This document shows positions 55,834-63,253 of a DNA stretch of 63,253 bases, in pieces. A program made the position numbers and the translations under genes. Positions within the stretch are counted from its first letter, which is position 1; each line of letters begins with the position of its first letter. The notes below the pieces were generated by a model. It had not been told where the DNA came from. It searched no databases and saw nothing but the letters and a program-made list of their open reading frames with translations. The DNA comes from Candidatus Pacearchaeota archaeon (lineage in GTDB: Archaea; Nanobdellota; Nanobdellia; Pacearchaeales; GW2011-AR1), in the NCBI GenBank assembly GCA_041654895.1, contig JBAZCR010000005.1:1-63253 (forward strand), read 5' to 3'.

Positions 55834-56148
55834 TTATTTTTCCTCACTTTTTTTATAACAACACTTTCCCTTACAAAAAGTAGTTGCATGTTTATCAATT
55901 AAATTTAATATTGGAATTATTGTATCTTTATTTAAAGAATAAATTCTATTTTTCCCCTGAACTTCAACATTTACAATATTACAATGTCTTAAGTTTCTAA
56001 GTGCATGAGACACTTTACTTTGTTCAATATTTAAACTATCAGAAATCTCACTCACATTTTTCTTTCCTTTCTTTAATTCACTAATTATTTTAATCCTTAA
56101 TTCACTAGCAAGATTACTGAAAAACACATAATATGAATTGTCGCTCAT
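55834..56148 (-). CDS. ArsR-family wHTH regulator heading the Fe-S operon
   Basis: 104 aa. LASELRIKIISELKKGKKNVSEISDSLNIEQSKVSHALRNLRHCNIV, with a C-terminal CKGKCC. Confidence 0.75.
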   Translation of the reverse strand: MSDNSYYVFFSNLASELRIKIISELKKGKKNVSEISDSLNIEQSKVSHALRNLRHCNIVNVEVQGKNRIYSLNKDTIIPILNLIDKHATTFCKGKCCYKKSEEK

Positions 56149-56188
56149 ATGAAAATGTGTTCATATTTGTTTTTAAATCTTTTTATTT

Positions 56189-56347
56189 TTAACTAATAGC
56201 ACCAACAGGACATGCTTCAATTGCCTCTTCAGAACATGGAGCTTGTTTCTTAACTATGGCCTTTCCATTTTTGAGCTCAAAACCTTCTGGACAAACTGCC
56301 ACACATGCCCCACAACCAATGCACTTTTCCTTATCTACCTTTACCAT
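56189..56347 (-). CDS. Small 4Fe-4S ferredoxin (52 aa; below the ORF-track cutoff)
   Basis: Hand translation gives MVKVDKEKCIGCGACVAVCPEGFELKNGKAIVKKQAPCSEEAIEACPVGAIS*. It has CxxCxxCxxxCP plus a distal CP, and a GGAGGAG Shine-Dalgarno sequence upstream. Confidence 0.75.
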   Translation of the reverse strand: MVKVDKEKCIGCGACVAVCPEGFELKNGKAIVKKQAPCSEEAIEACPVGAIS

Positions 56348-56413
56348 AAACTCCTCCTTTAATGAAAATATTTGAGTAAAAATATTTATAAACTTAATTA
56401 ATCAATTCTTTCT

Positions 56414-56968
56414 ATGACAAGTTTATTAATTGGTTTAATTATTTTAGGTTTACTATTAGTTTTTACTTTTTTCGGTTATTATAATAAATTTATCGTCTTA
56501 AAACAAAGAATAAAAAACTCAAAAGCACAAATTAATGTTCAATTAAAGAAAAGATCTGATTTAATCCCGAATCTAGTAAATATTGTAAAAGGTTATATGA
56601 AACATGAAAAAAGTTTACTAACAGAAATCACAAAAACAAGAACAAGTTTCTTAAATGCTAAAAGTTTTGAAGATAAAGTTAAAGTAGGTAATGAATTGCA
56701 ACACTCTTTAAAGAATTTATTTGCTGTAGCTGAAAATTATCCGGAAGTAAAAGCAAATCAAAGTTTTGTAGAATTACAAAGAGAAGTTTCTTCTATTGAA
56801 GACAAAATAGCTTATTCAAGGCAATATTACAATGATTCTATAATGAGTTATAATAATTCAGTTGAAGTAGTCCCAGGAAAATGGTTTGCAAGTTTATACA
56901 AATTTAAAAAAGAAGATTATTTTGAAATTCCAGAAGAAGAAAAAATTACTCCTATAATTGAATTTTAA
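56414..56968 (+). CDS. lemA: LemA family protein
   Basis: 184 aa. N-terminal TM segment, then QLKKRSDLIPNLV...AENYPEVKAN...SRQYYND. Confidence 0.85.
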   Translation: MTSLLIGLIILGLLLVFTFFGYYNKFIVLKQRIKNSKAQINVQLKKRSDLIPNLVNIVKGYMKHEKSLLTEITKTRTSFLNAKSFEDKVKVGNELQHSLKNLFAVAENYPEVKANQSFVELQREVSSIEDKIAYSRQYYNDSIMSYNNSVEVVPGKWFASLYKFKKEDYFEIPEEEKITPIIEF

Positions 56969-56976
56969 TAATTAAA

Positions 56977-57864
56977 ATGAATAGAATATCTTTTTATGAG
57001 GAAATTAAGAAGAATAAAATAAAATCTAATATTTTATTAATCCTAGTTTTTTTAGTTTTACTTAGTTTAGTATATGTAATTTCATTAGCTTTAGGACCCG
57101 ATTATTTTTTTATAATCCTAGTTTTCGGAACAATATTTTCTATTTTTTATGTATTAATTTCTTATAATAGTTCCTCAAAAATAGTATTAGCTTCAGTTAA
57201 AGCAATAAAAGCAGAGGAAGAACAGTTTAAAACATATCACAATATTGTTGAGGGATTATGCCTTGCTTCAGGACTTGAAAAACCTAAATTATATATTATG
57301 AAAGATAGTCAGATAAATGCTTTTGCATCTGGGAAAAATCCAAAAGAAGCAATAATCTGTGTAACAACAGGAGCCTTAGAAAAACTAACAAAACAAGAAC
57401 TAGAAGGAGTCTTATCACACGAATTAAGCCATATTGCAAACTATGACATTCGTTTTATGAGTCTTGTAGCTGTTTTAGTTGGTTTAATTTCAATATTCTC
57501 CCAAATCTTCCTAAGAAGCATTTTCTTTGGTGCAGGAAGCTCTAATAGAAATGAAAAAAATAATGTCATATACTTTTTAATAGCTTTAGCACTGGCAATA
57601 ATTTCTCCTTTAATTGTAGCATTAGTTCAACTTGCAATATCTAGAAAAAGAGAATATTTAGCAGATTCTTCAGCAGTTAAATTTGTAAGAAGCCCAACAG
57701 GTTTAATTGGCGCACTAGAAAAAATCAAAAAAGAATCTAAATCAAATGTCAGAATACCTGATGCAATTTCCCCCTTATTTTTAGCTAAACCCTATAACTC
57801 AAAAGAACTATTCCAAACACATCCAGATATTAATAAAAGAATTGAAGTCCTAAAAAAAATGTAA
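56977..57864 (+). CDS. htpX: HtpX-like M48 membrane protease
   Basis: HELSHIANYD (HExxH) and REYLAD. The pairing with lemA is a common arrangement. Confidence 0.85.
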   Translation: MNRISFYEEIKKNKIKSNILLILVFLVLLSLVYVISLALGPDYFFIILVFGTIFSIFYVLISYNSSSKIVLASVKAIKAEEEQFKTYHNIVEGLCLASGLEKPKLYIMKDSQINAFASGKNPKEAIICVTTGALEKLTKQELEGVLSHELSHIANYDIRFMSLVAVLVGLISIFSQIFLRSIFFGAGSSNRNEKNNVIYFLIALALAIISPLIVALVQLAISRKREYLADSSAVKFVRSPTGLIGALEKIKKESKSNVRIPDAISPLFLAKPYNSKELFQTHPDINKRIEVLKKM

Positions 57865-57910
57865 AGATAAGAGTAATTTTATAAATTCATCTTTATTTAA
57901 CAATTATATT

Positions 57911-58216
57911 ATGCCTAAAGAAAAAAATAAAATAAATTTTGAAAAGAGCCTTTTATTTGGTCTAAGTTTAGTTTTAATTGTATTAATTTTTCTAAATATT
58001 ATAAATGATTTTTTATTAACTTCTAATCCCAACTTGGAGAATTTATGTTCTTCATTTGAAGGAAAATGGTTAAAAGAGTATAATGAATGTGAGGGTATTT
58101 CATTAAATAGTTGTCAAGAAATGAAAGGCACTTTTAGTGAATGTGAGTCTGCTTGTAGACATACAAACTCTGAATTCTGCATCTTAATCTGCGTTCCAGT
58201 TTGTTCTTTTAATTAA
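57911..58216 (+). CDS. Small membrane-anchored Cys-rich protein
   Basis: 101 aa. TM segment LLFGLSLVLIVLIFL, then 8 Cys in the C-terminal 55 residues. Confidence 0.5.
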   Translation: MPKEKNKINFEKSLLFGLSLVLIVLIFLNIINDFLLTSNPNLENLCSSFEGKWLKEYNECEGISLNSCQEMKGTFSECESACRHTNSEFCILICVPVCSFN

Positions 58217-58298
58217 AATTAAGTTAATCCTCCCCCTATTTCAATTACAGAAGGGTATAATAAACCTTATAAACTGATATTAACTTAATAATAGTAAC

Positions 58299-58964
58299 AT
58301 GGGCAATATAAAAAAGAACATTATTGGTGGATTAGCAACTATTGTGTTAGCATCAACTATCGGATGTACTTCTTTACCAATAACTTCTCAAGAGCTTTCA
58401 AGCCCAAATAACAATACATATACCATTCAAAAAGTTAAAGGAATAAAAATTCCATTTACAAAGGATACAAGAATATTTCGTGGCCTAGATTTGAATTCTT
58501 ATAATAAACCTTTCTTTTATTTTAATAGTAATAATTTCAATAAAAATTCTTCTTATTTATTGGAAAAATATGATTCCTTATTAGCTGATGACGATACTTC
58601 TAATACTTTATATGTCTTTTATCCAATTGGTAAATCCCAGGATGGGGATAAAATATATGAGTCATACAAAGTAGATAAAATAAAATTTGATAAAGAATTA
58701 AGAGAAGATTCTAAATTCTATGAAACTTTAACAAAACAAAAAGTATATGTTTCTAATAATTTTATTCCAGAACTTGTAGACGAAAAAGATGAAAGAATAA
58801 ATTCAATAGAAATATATTTTACTCCATATCAAGAAACAAAAGATATTGATTCAGATGGTTCAGGAGACTCTAATTATGATATACCTACTTACATACCAGG
58901 AAATAGTAATACTGTTGGTGGTGGAGAATATATTGCAGGAAGTGGAGGCTCAATAGGAAATTAA
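58299..58964 (+). CDS. Putative lipoprotein, unknown function
   Basis: 221 aa. Signal peptide with lipobox-like STIGC and a Gly-rich C-terminus. Confidence 0.5.
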   Translation: MGNIKKNIIGGLATIVLASTIGCTSLPITSQELSSPNNNTYTIQKVKGIKIPFTKDTRIFRGLDLNSYNKPFFYFNSNNFNKNSSYLLEKYDSLLADDDTSNTLYVFYPIGKSQDGDKIYESYKVDKIKFDKELREDSKFYETLTKQKVYVSNNFIPELVDEKDERINSIEIYFTPYQETKDIDSDGSGDSNYDIPTYIPGNSNTVGGGEYIAGSGGSIGN

Positions 58965-58965
58965 A

Positions 58966-60360
58966 ATGGAAAAAAGAATAAAATACATTGGTTTATTTTT
59001 GTTTATTGCTTTAATTAGTTTAACAACTGTTTTAGCTGAATTAAATGTAAAATATACTGTTTATGAGGGAGAATTAGATTCTTCTGGTAGCCTAACTAAA
59101 AAATTAAATACAATTTCTGGATTTAATGTTAATGTTTACCCATGTAATAATGATGCTTGTACTAGTGTTGGTGCATTAATTCCAAGTTTAAGTACAACTT
59201 CTTTAAGTGATAGTGTAACTATTTCTTACCCTCATGAAATGTTAACAACACACGGTTATGCACTTTATTTTTACAATCAAGATTATATTGGTTTTCAAAT
59301 ATGGAATGAAAAAGCATGGGGAACTTCTTCAACAGTTTATCAAGGACAAGAAATTTATTTATCTAAAAGAATTGGAGGATACATCCCAATTTCAGATTTT
59401 GAATTTGATTCTCAAACAAAGAAGAACCAAAATACAAATTTTAATATTAACATAAACTTAAGCTCAAGCGATTACTTACTTATATCTGATAAAAAACACT
59501 TTGATACAGGAATAATAGAAAAAGTAAAAGTAAATGTTACATTCATTATATTAAATAATTCTAATACTTTATCTAAACAAGAAAAAACAATAGAAATTCC
59601 TTATGGAGAAAGTTCAACAACTTTATCATTTAACTACACATTTAGTGAAGTAGGTTTATATGATGCATTTGTTGAAACAAAAATAATTGATTCTAAATTT
59701 AAATCAACTTCTATAACAAATGAAACAAAAACAATTAAAGTAATAAGTGATTCCAAGAATAATTATAGTTCTTCTTATATTGTAAATGTAGATTATTCTC
59801 CATTAAACCAATATCTAAATGATAAAATCTTTGTTAATTTTATTCCTAGAAGTAATTATATAGACGAATTCCAAAATTCTTTTGACAAAGATAGCTCTGT
59901 TAAAATAACAATCAAAAATCAAACAAATTTAATTTATTCAAATATATCAAATACAAATTACAATGATTTATTTACTTTCTTCTACAAATTTGATAAAGAA
60001 GGAAAGTATAATGTTTCTTTTGAAATTTGCCCAATCGAAGACATTTCATCAGATAAGACTTGCACTTTCTTAAATTTAAATTATATTATAACAAAAAAAG
60101 ATTCTTTAAGTAGTGTTTCTAAGGGTTCTTCAACTACTAATAAACAAGAATCTATTATTCTTTCTTCTAATGAAACATTTATTTTAGAACAAAACACCCA
60201 AATAATAAATGATAAGGAAGATCATGAAGTCATTTCATTAAATAATCAAGAACAAGAAAAAGATAAGGAAGTTTTATTCTTCATTTTAATCACTGTTTTT
60301 GGTTTTGGAAGTATTAGTGTTTTAACTTTCTTAATTTTCAAATTTTTATTATTCTTTTAA
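58966..60360 (+). CDS. Surface protein with signal peptide and C-terminal TM anchor
   Basis: 464 aa. Asn/Ser/Thr-rich, with C-terminal anchor LFFILITVFGFGSISVLTFLIFKFLLFF. Confidence 0.55.
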   Translation: MEKRIKYIGLFLFIALISLTTVLAELNVKYTVYEGELDSSGSLTKKLNTISGFNVNVYPCNNDACTSVGALIPSLSTTSLSDSVTISYPHEMLTTHGYALYFYNQDYIGFQIWNEKAWGTSSTVYQGQEIYLSKRIGGYIPISDFEFDSQTKKNQNTNFNININLSSSDYLLISDKKHFDTGIIEKVKVNVTFIILNNSNTLSKQEKTIEIPYGESSTTLSFNYTFSEVGLYDAFVETKIIDSKFKSTSITNETKTIKVISDSKNNYSSSYIVNVDYSPLNQYLNDKIFVNFIPRSNYIDEFQNSFDKDSSVKITIKNQTNLIYSNISNTNYNDLFTFFYKFDKEGKYNVSFEICPIEDISSDKTCTFLNLNYIITKKDSLSSVSKGSSTTNKQESIILSSNETFILEQNTQIINDKEDHEVISLNNQEQEKDKEVLFFILITVFGFGSISVLTFLIFKFLLFF

Positions 60361-60479
60361 TCTCAAAACTTCCATTTTTTTACTAAAATATACTTTTTAT
60401 AACATAAGAATTTTTAAAGAATAATTACTCAAAAATATTATAACTAAATTCAAAGAGATTTGAAAGGAGGTAATTAAAT

Positions 60480-61565
60480 ATGGCGTTAGATTTTGCAAAA
60501 GAAGCGATTGAAAATGTCGAGGCTAATAGTATTAACTTTAGTGAGTTACGAGCTGGAAAAGCAAATATTAAAGTTTTTGGTTGTGGTGGTTGTGGATGTA
60601 ATATGGCTACTTGGTTATTCAATAAAGGAATAAATGGTGCTACTGTTTATGGTATAAATACCGACGCATTACATCTATCTATTACTAAAACTGACGAGAA
60701 AATACTTATTGGAAAAGAATTAACAAGAGGATTAGGCTGTGGTGGTTATCCTAAAAAAGGACGAGAAGCTGCAAAAGAATCTCTTTCTGACCTGAAAAAA
60801 GCTGTTTCAAATTCTGATATGGTTTTTGTTCTGGCTGGAATGGGAGGAGGTACTGGAACTGGTGCTATACCTGTAGTTGCTCAATTATCTAAAGAGTCTG
60901 GTGCTGTTGTGATTGCTGTTGTGACAATGCCTTTTGAAGCAGAAAAAGCAAGAATTGACAAAGCCGAGTTCGGACTTCAAGAATTAAGAGAAGTAGTTGA
61001 TACTGTTATTGTTCTTGATAATAATCGGCTTGTAGATATTGCTGGACAACTTCCAATGGAACAAGCTTTCGCAGTTGCTAATGAATTAGTATCTACTATG
61101 ATTAAGGGAATTGTTGAGACAATAACTTTACCGTCTTTAATCAATTTAGATTATGCAGATGTTTCTTCTATTATGAAGAATGGAGATGTAGCTGTAATAG
61201 GAATTGGTGAAGATAACTCAAATGCAAAAGTAGATGCAGCTGTTCAACAAGCACTAACACATCCTTTGTTAGATGTTGATTATAGAGGAGCAACTGGAGC
61301 TTTAATACATGTAACTTGTGGCCCTGACTTGAAATTAGAAGAATTTGATAATATTGGTCGTCTTGTAACAGAAAACTTGTCTCCTGAAGCACAAGTAATT
61401 ATAGGTGCAAGGGTCAATAAAGAATTTCAAGGAAGAGTCAGAGTAATCACAATCATGACTGGTGTTAAATCCCCTTATATACTGGGAAAAAACCAATTAA
61501 GCATGTTTCGTGATGAAAGACAAGTCAGTGTTAATGATTTAGGTCTTGACGATTTAAGTTACTAA
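60480..61565 (+). CDS. ftsZ: Cell division GTPase FtsZ
   Basis: 361 aa. GCGGCGCN P-loop region and the tubulin signature GMGGGTGTGAIPVVA. GGAGGT Shine-Dalgarno sequence upstream. Confidence 0.9.
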   Translation: MALDFAKEAIENVEANSINFSELRAGKANIKVFGCGGCGCNMATWLFNKGINGATVYGINTDALHLSITKTDEKILIGKELTRGLGCGGYPKKGREAAKESLSDLKKAVSNSDMVFVLAGMGGGTGTGAIPVVAQLSKESGAVVIAVVTMPFEAEKARIDKAEFGLQELREVVDTVIVLDNNRLVDIAGQLPMEQAFAVANELVSTMIKGIVETITLPSLINLDYADVSSIMKNGDVAVIGIGEDNSNAKVDAAVQQALTHPLLDVDYRGATGALIHVTCGPDLKLEEFDNIGRLVTENLSPEAQVIIGARVNKEFQGRVRVITIMTGVKSPYILGKNQLSMFRDERQVSVNDLGLDDLSY

Positions 61566-61574
61566 AAATAATAT

Positions 61575-61600
61575 GCCCTTTTTGGGCTTTTTTTCTTTTT
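61575..61600. terminator. GCCC-TTTTT-GGGC hairpin plus T-run between convergent genes
   Basis: Stem at 61575-61578 and 61584-61587, followed by T-runs. Confidence 0.35.
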
Positions 61601-61604
61601 TTCT

Positions 61605-62174
61605 TTATACCCAATCATTTCTTACAAAAGTTCGACTTTTATATTCTTTATTATTATATTTATTAAAAAATAAAATACTATCTAATTCAGGTTTTTTCTT
61701 TTGAATTTCATTTTGTCCTGGAACTTTTAATCCAATTGGAAAGATACCTTCTACATTTAATTTTTCAGGAATATCTAAAACTCTCTTAACTTTATCGTCA
61801 TAGAAATATCCTATCCAACAACTAACCAAGTCATAATTTGTAATAGCTAATAATAGGTTTTGAATTGCAGCACCTGATTGCTGATAACTATATTTTTCCC
61901 CTCTTTCATTATAACTTCTAACTAAAATTTCAGGATTACTAACTAAAACAATAACATAATTTGCTTGAGAAATAAATTTTTGTTGAGAGGCTATTGATAA
62001 TTCTTCTATGATTTTTTTATCGTCAACTAAGATATATTTTAAAATATTCTGATTTCCTGCTGCGGGGGCAAGGCTTGCTAACTCAATTGCTTGAAGAATT
62101 TTTTTTAATTCAGGTTTTTTTGTAGAATATTTTCTTACACTCTTTCTTTCTCTAACAACTCTCTCAAAATCCAT
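61605..62174 (-). CDS. Nitroreductase family protein
   Basis: 189 aa. RKSVRKYS start motif and a PAAGNQN loop. Confidence 0.75.
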   Translation of the reverse strand: MDFERVVRERKSVRKYSTKKPELKKILQAIELASLAPAAGNQNILKYILVDDKKIIEELSIASQQKFISQANYVIVLVSNPEILVRSYNERGEKYSYQQSGAAIQNLLLAITNYDLVSCWIGYFYDDKVKRVLDIPEKLNVEGIFPIGLKVPGQNEIQKKKPELDSILFFNKYNNKEYKSRTFVRNDWV

Positions 62175-62209
62175 AAAGAAAATATGTTTTTAGAATATAA
62201 AAATCTTTA

Positions 62210-62773
62210 CTAAAATAAAATTGCCTCTAATATCTTAGGAAACTCATTCCAATTACTCATCTTAACAAGTCCTTCATGATCCCCATTTGATTTTGAATTA
62301 TAAAGAATACCTTTTAATCCAGAATTTTTCATTCCCTTAAAACTTTTTATTGAGTCATCCACTAATAATCTTGCTCCTTTTTCCTCACTAAATTTTACTT
62401 TTGAACTTAATTCTCCAAAATAATGTATTTTATCAATACAAGAATCATAATAATCAAAAATAATTTTATCAATAAAATAAGAATGAAAAAGAGGTCTTGA
62501 AGTACAACATTCAAATCTATATTCGCTTGTTAAATCTTTTATATTCTCATATGCATTTGAAGTTCTATGAAATAAATAATCTATATTCTTGTGGTTTAAC
62601 ATCTGCTTTCCAATTTCAAATAATTCTTCTAATTCAATTTTATCAAAATAAGAGTCTAACTCTTCTGAACTATTAAAATTATGTTTTCTATTTAAAAATA
62701 ACTTTTGAATCTTCTGAGTCTCTAACAAAGTGTCATCAATATCTAAAAAAATAAGTTCTTTTTTCATAATCAA
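62210..62773 (-). CDS. HAD-superfamily hydrolase (nucleotidase-like)
   Basis: 187 aa. Motif I is LIFLDIDDTLL, and a late LVDDS motif is present. Confidence 0.6.
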   Translation of the reverse strand: MIMKKELIFLDIDDTLLETQKIQKLFLNRKHNFNSSEELDSYFDKIELEELFEIGKQMLNHKNIDYLFHRTSNAYENIKDLTSEYRFECCTSRPLFHSYFIDKIIFDYYDSCIDKIHYFGELSSKVKFSEEKGARLLVDDSIKSFKGMKNSGLKGILYNSKSNGDHEGLVKMSNWNEFPKILEAILF

Positions 62774-62807
62774 AGTTAAATAATATCATTAAAAAGTATT
62801 TGTATTC

Positions 62808-63253
62808 TCAAACAATTGTTTTAATCTTATCTAAGATAATATCTTCTTTTTTAGAACTTCTTCCATATGTTTGACCAAATTTAACTAAAATATAATTAAT
62901 TTTACGATGATATCTCTCAGGAAATAATTTCATTAAATCTTGTTCAACTTTTTCTCTATTATTTGAAAAACTCCAATTTAATTTTTTAGATATTCTATAT
63001 ACATGAGTATCAACGCCTATTCTATTTTCTTTTTTTACTTCAGCCAAATAAACATTTGCTGTTTTTCTTCCAACTCCGGGCAATTTTATTAAATCCTCAA
63101 ACTCATATTTAATTTTTCCTTCTAATAAAATTTTCGAAATTGAAATAATATTTTTAGCTTTTGTTTTATAATAATTAATTGATTTAATTTCTTTTTCAAT
63201 ATCTTTGAGCTTAGCATTAGATAGTTTTTTTAAAGAATTATATTTTTTGAATA
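62808..63253 (-). CDS. nth: HhH-GPD DNA glycosylase, endonuclease III family, lacking the C-terminal Fe-S loop (5' end outside the window)
   Basis: The reading frame stays open to the window edge: ...YYKTKAKNIISISKILLEGKIKYEFEDLIKLPGVGRKTANVYLAEV...GVDTHVYRISKKLNW. There are no Cys residues after the GPD region. Confidence 0.8.
   Translation of the reverse strand, partial: FKKYNSLKKLSNAKLKDIEKEIKSINYYKTKAKNIISISKILLEGKIKYEFEDLIKLPGVGRKTANVYLAEVKKENRIGVDTHVYRISKKLNWSFSNNREKVEQDLMKLFPERYHRKINYILVKFGQTYGRSSKKEDIILDKIKTIV

Noticed and set aside
60480-61565. An unusual Cys-rich GCGGCGCN nucleotide-binding loop in FtsZ.
   Set aside because: From memory, archaeal FtsZ proteins commonly have GCGGAG-type loops, so this looks like a minor variant, not an anomaly.

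Overview
This is an AT-rich archaeal chromosome segment. The informational genes are clearly archaeal: archaeal-type DnaG, Rpo7/Spt4, eS24/eS31/eL41/uS2, MCM, RadB, Cbf5, EndA, Taw1, thermosome, Cdc48, FtsZ and an archaeal-style tRNA-Gln. Short proteins, many membrane-anchored or secreted hypothetical proteins, type IV pilin-like genes and a bacterial-type grpE-dnaK-dnaJ operon suggest a reduced-genome, DPANN-like archaeon; that assignment is inference only. Most of the window is housekeeping. The exception is a roughly 5.7 kb accessory island at 45975-51638. It is bounded by a perfect 16-bp terminal inverted repeat and subdivided by six blocks of a 7-bp repeat ([A/C]GTNNAC, 62 units in total). 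The island carries a triple LamG-domain surface protein, a PIN-like gene with a small partner gene, a lipoprotein gene, and a wHTH-nucleotidyltransferase/HEPN pair. I see no recombinase or transposase inside it. Two repeat blocks lie in frame inside the 5' coding regions of the two surface-protein genes, in the same codon phase. An 18-bp perfect direct repeat brackets the PIN module. An imperfect inverted pair brackets the lipoprotein gene. I regard this repeat-delimited cassette architecture as the best candidate for an undescribed system; it may be mobile, recombining or phase-variable. Three genes were added by hand translation because they are missing from the ORF track: eL41 (36 aa), a 52-aa ferredoxin, and the partial dnaG. 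The nth gene was extended by hand to the window edge. Other points worth a second look are a GC-rich hairpin that may be an ncRNA, a sulfatase(LtaS/OpgB-like)-GDPD fusion, a histone-H1-like lysine-repeat protein, and a compact Fe-S assembly operon. All family calls come from motif recognition by eye. No searches were run.
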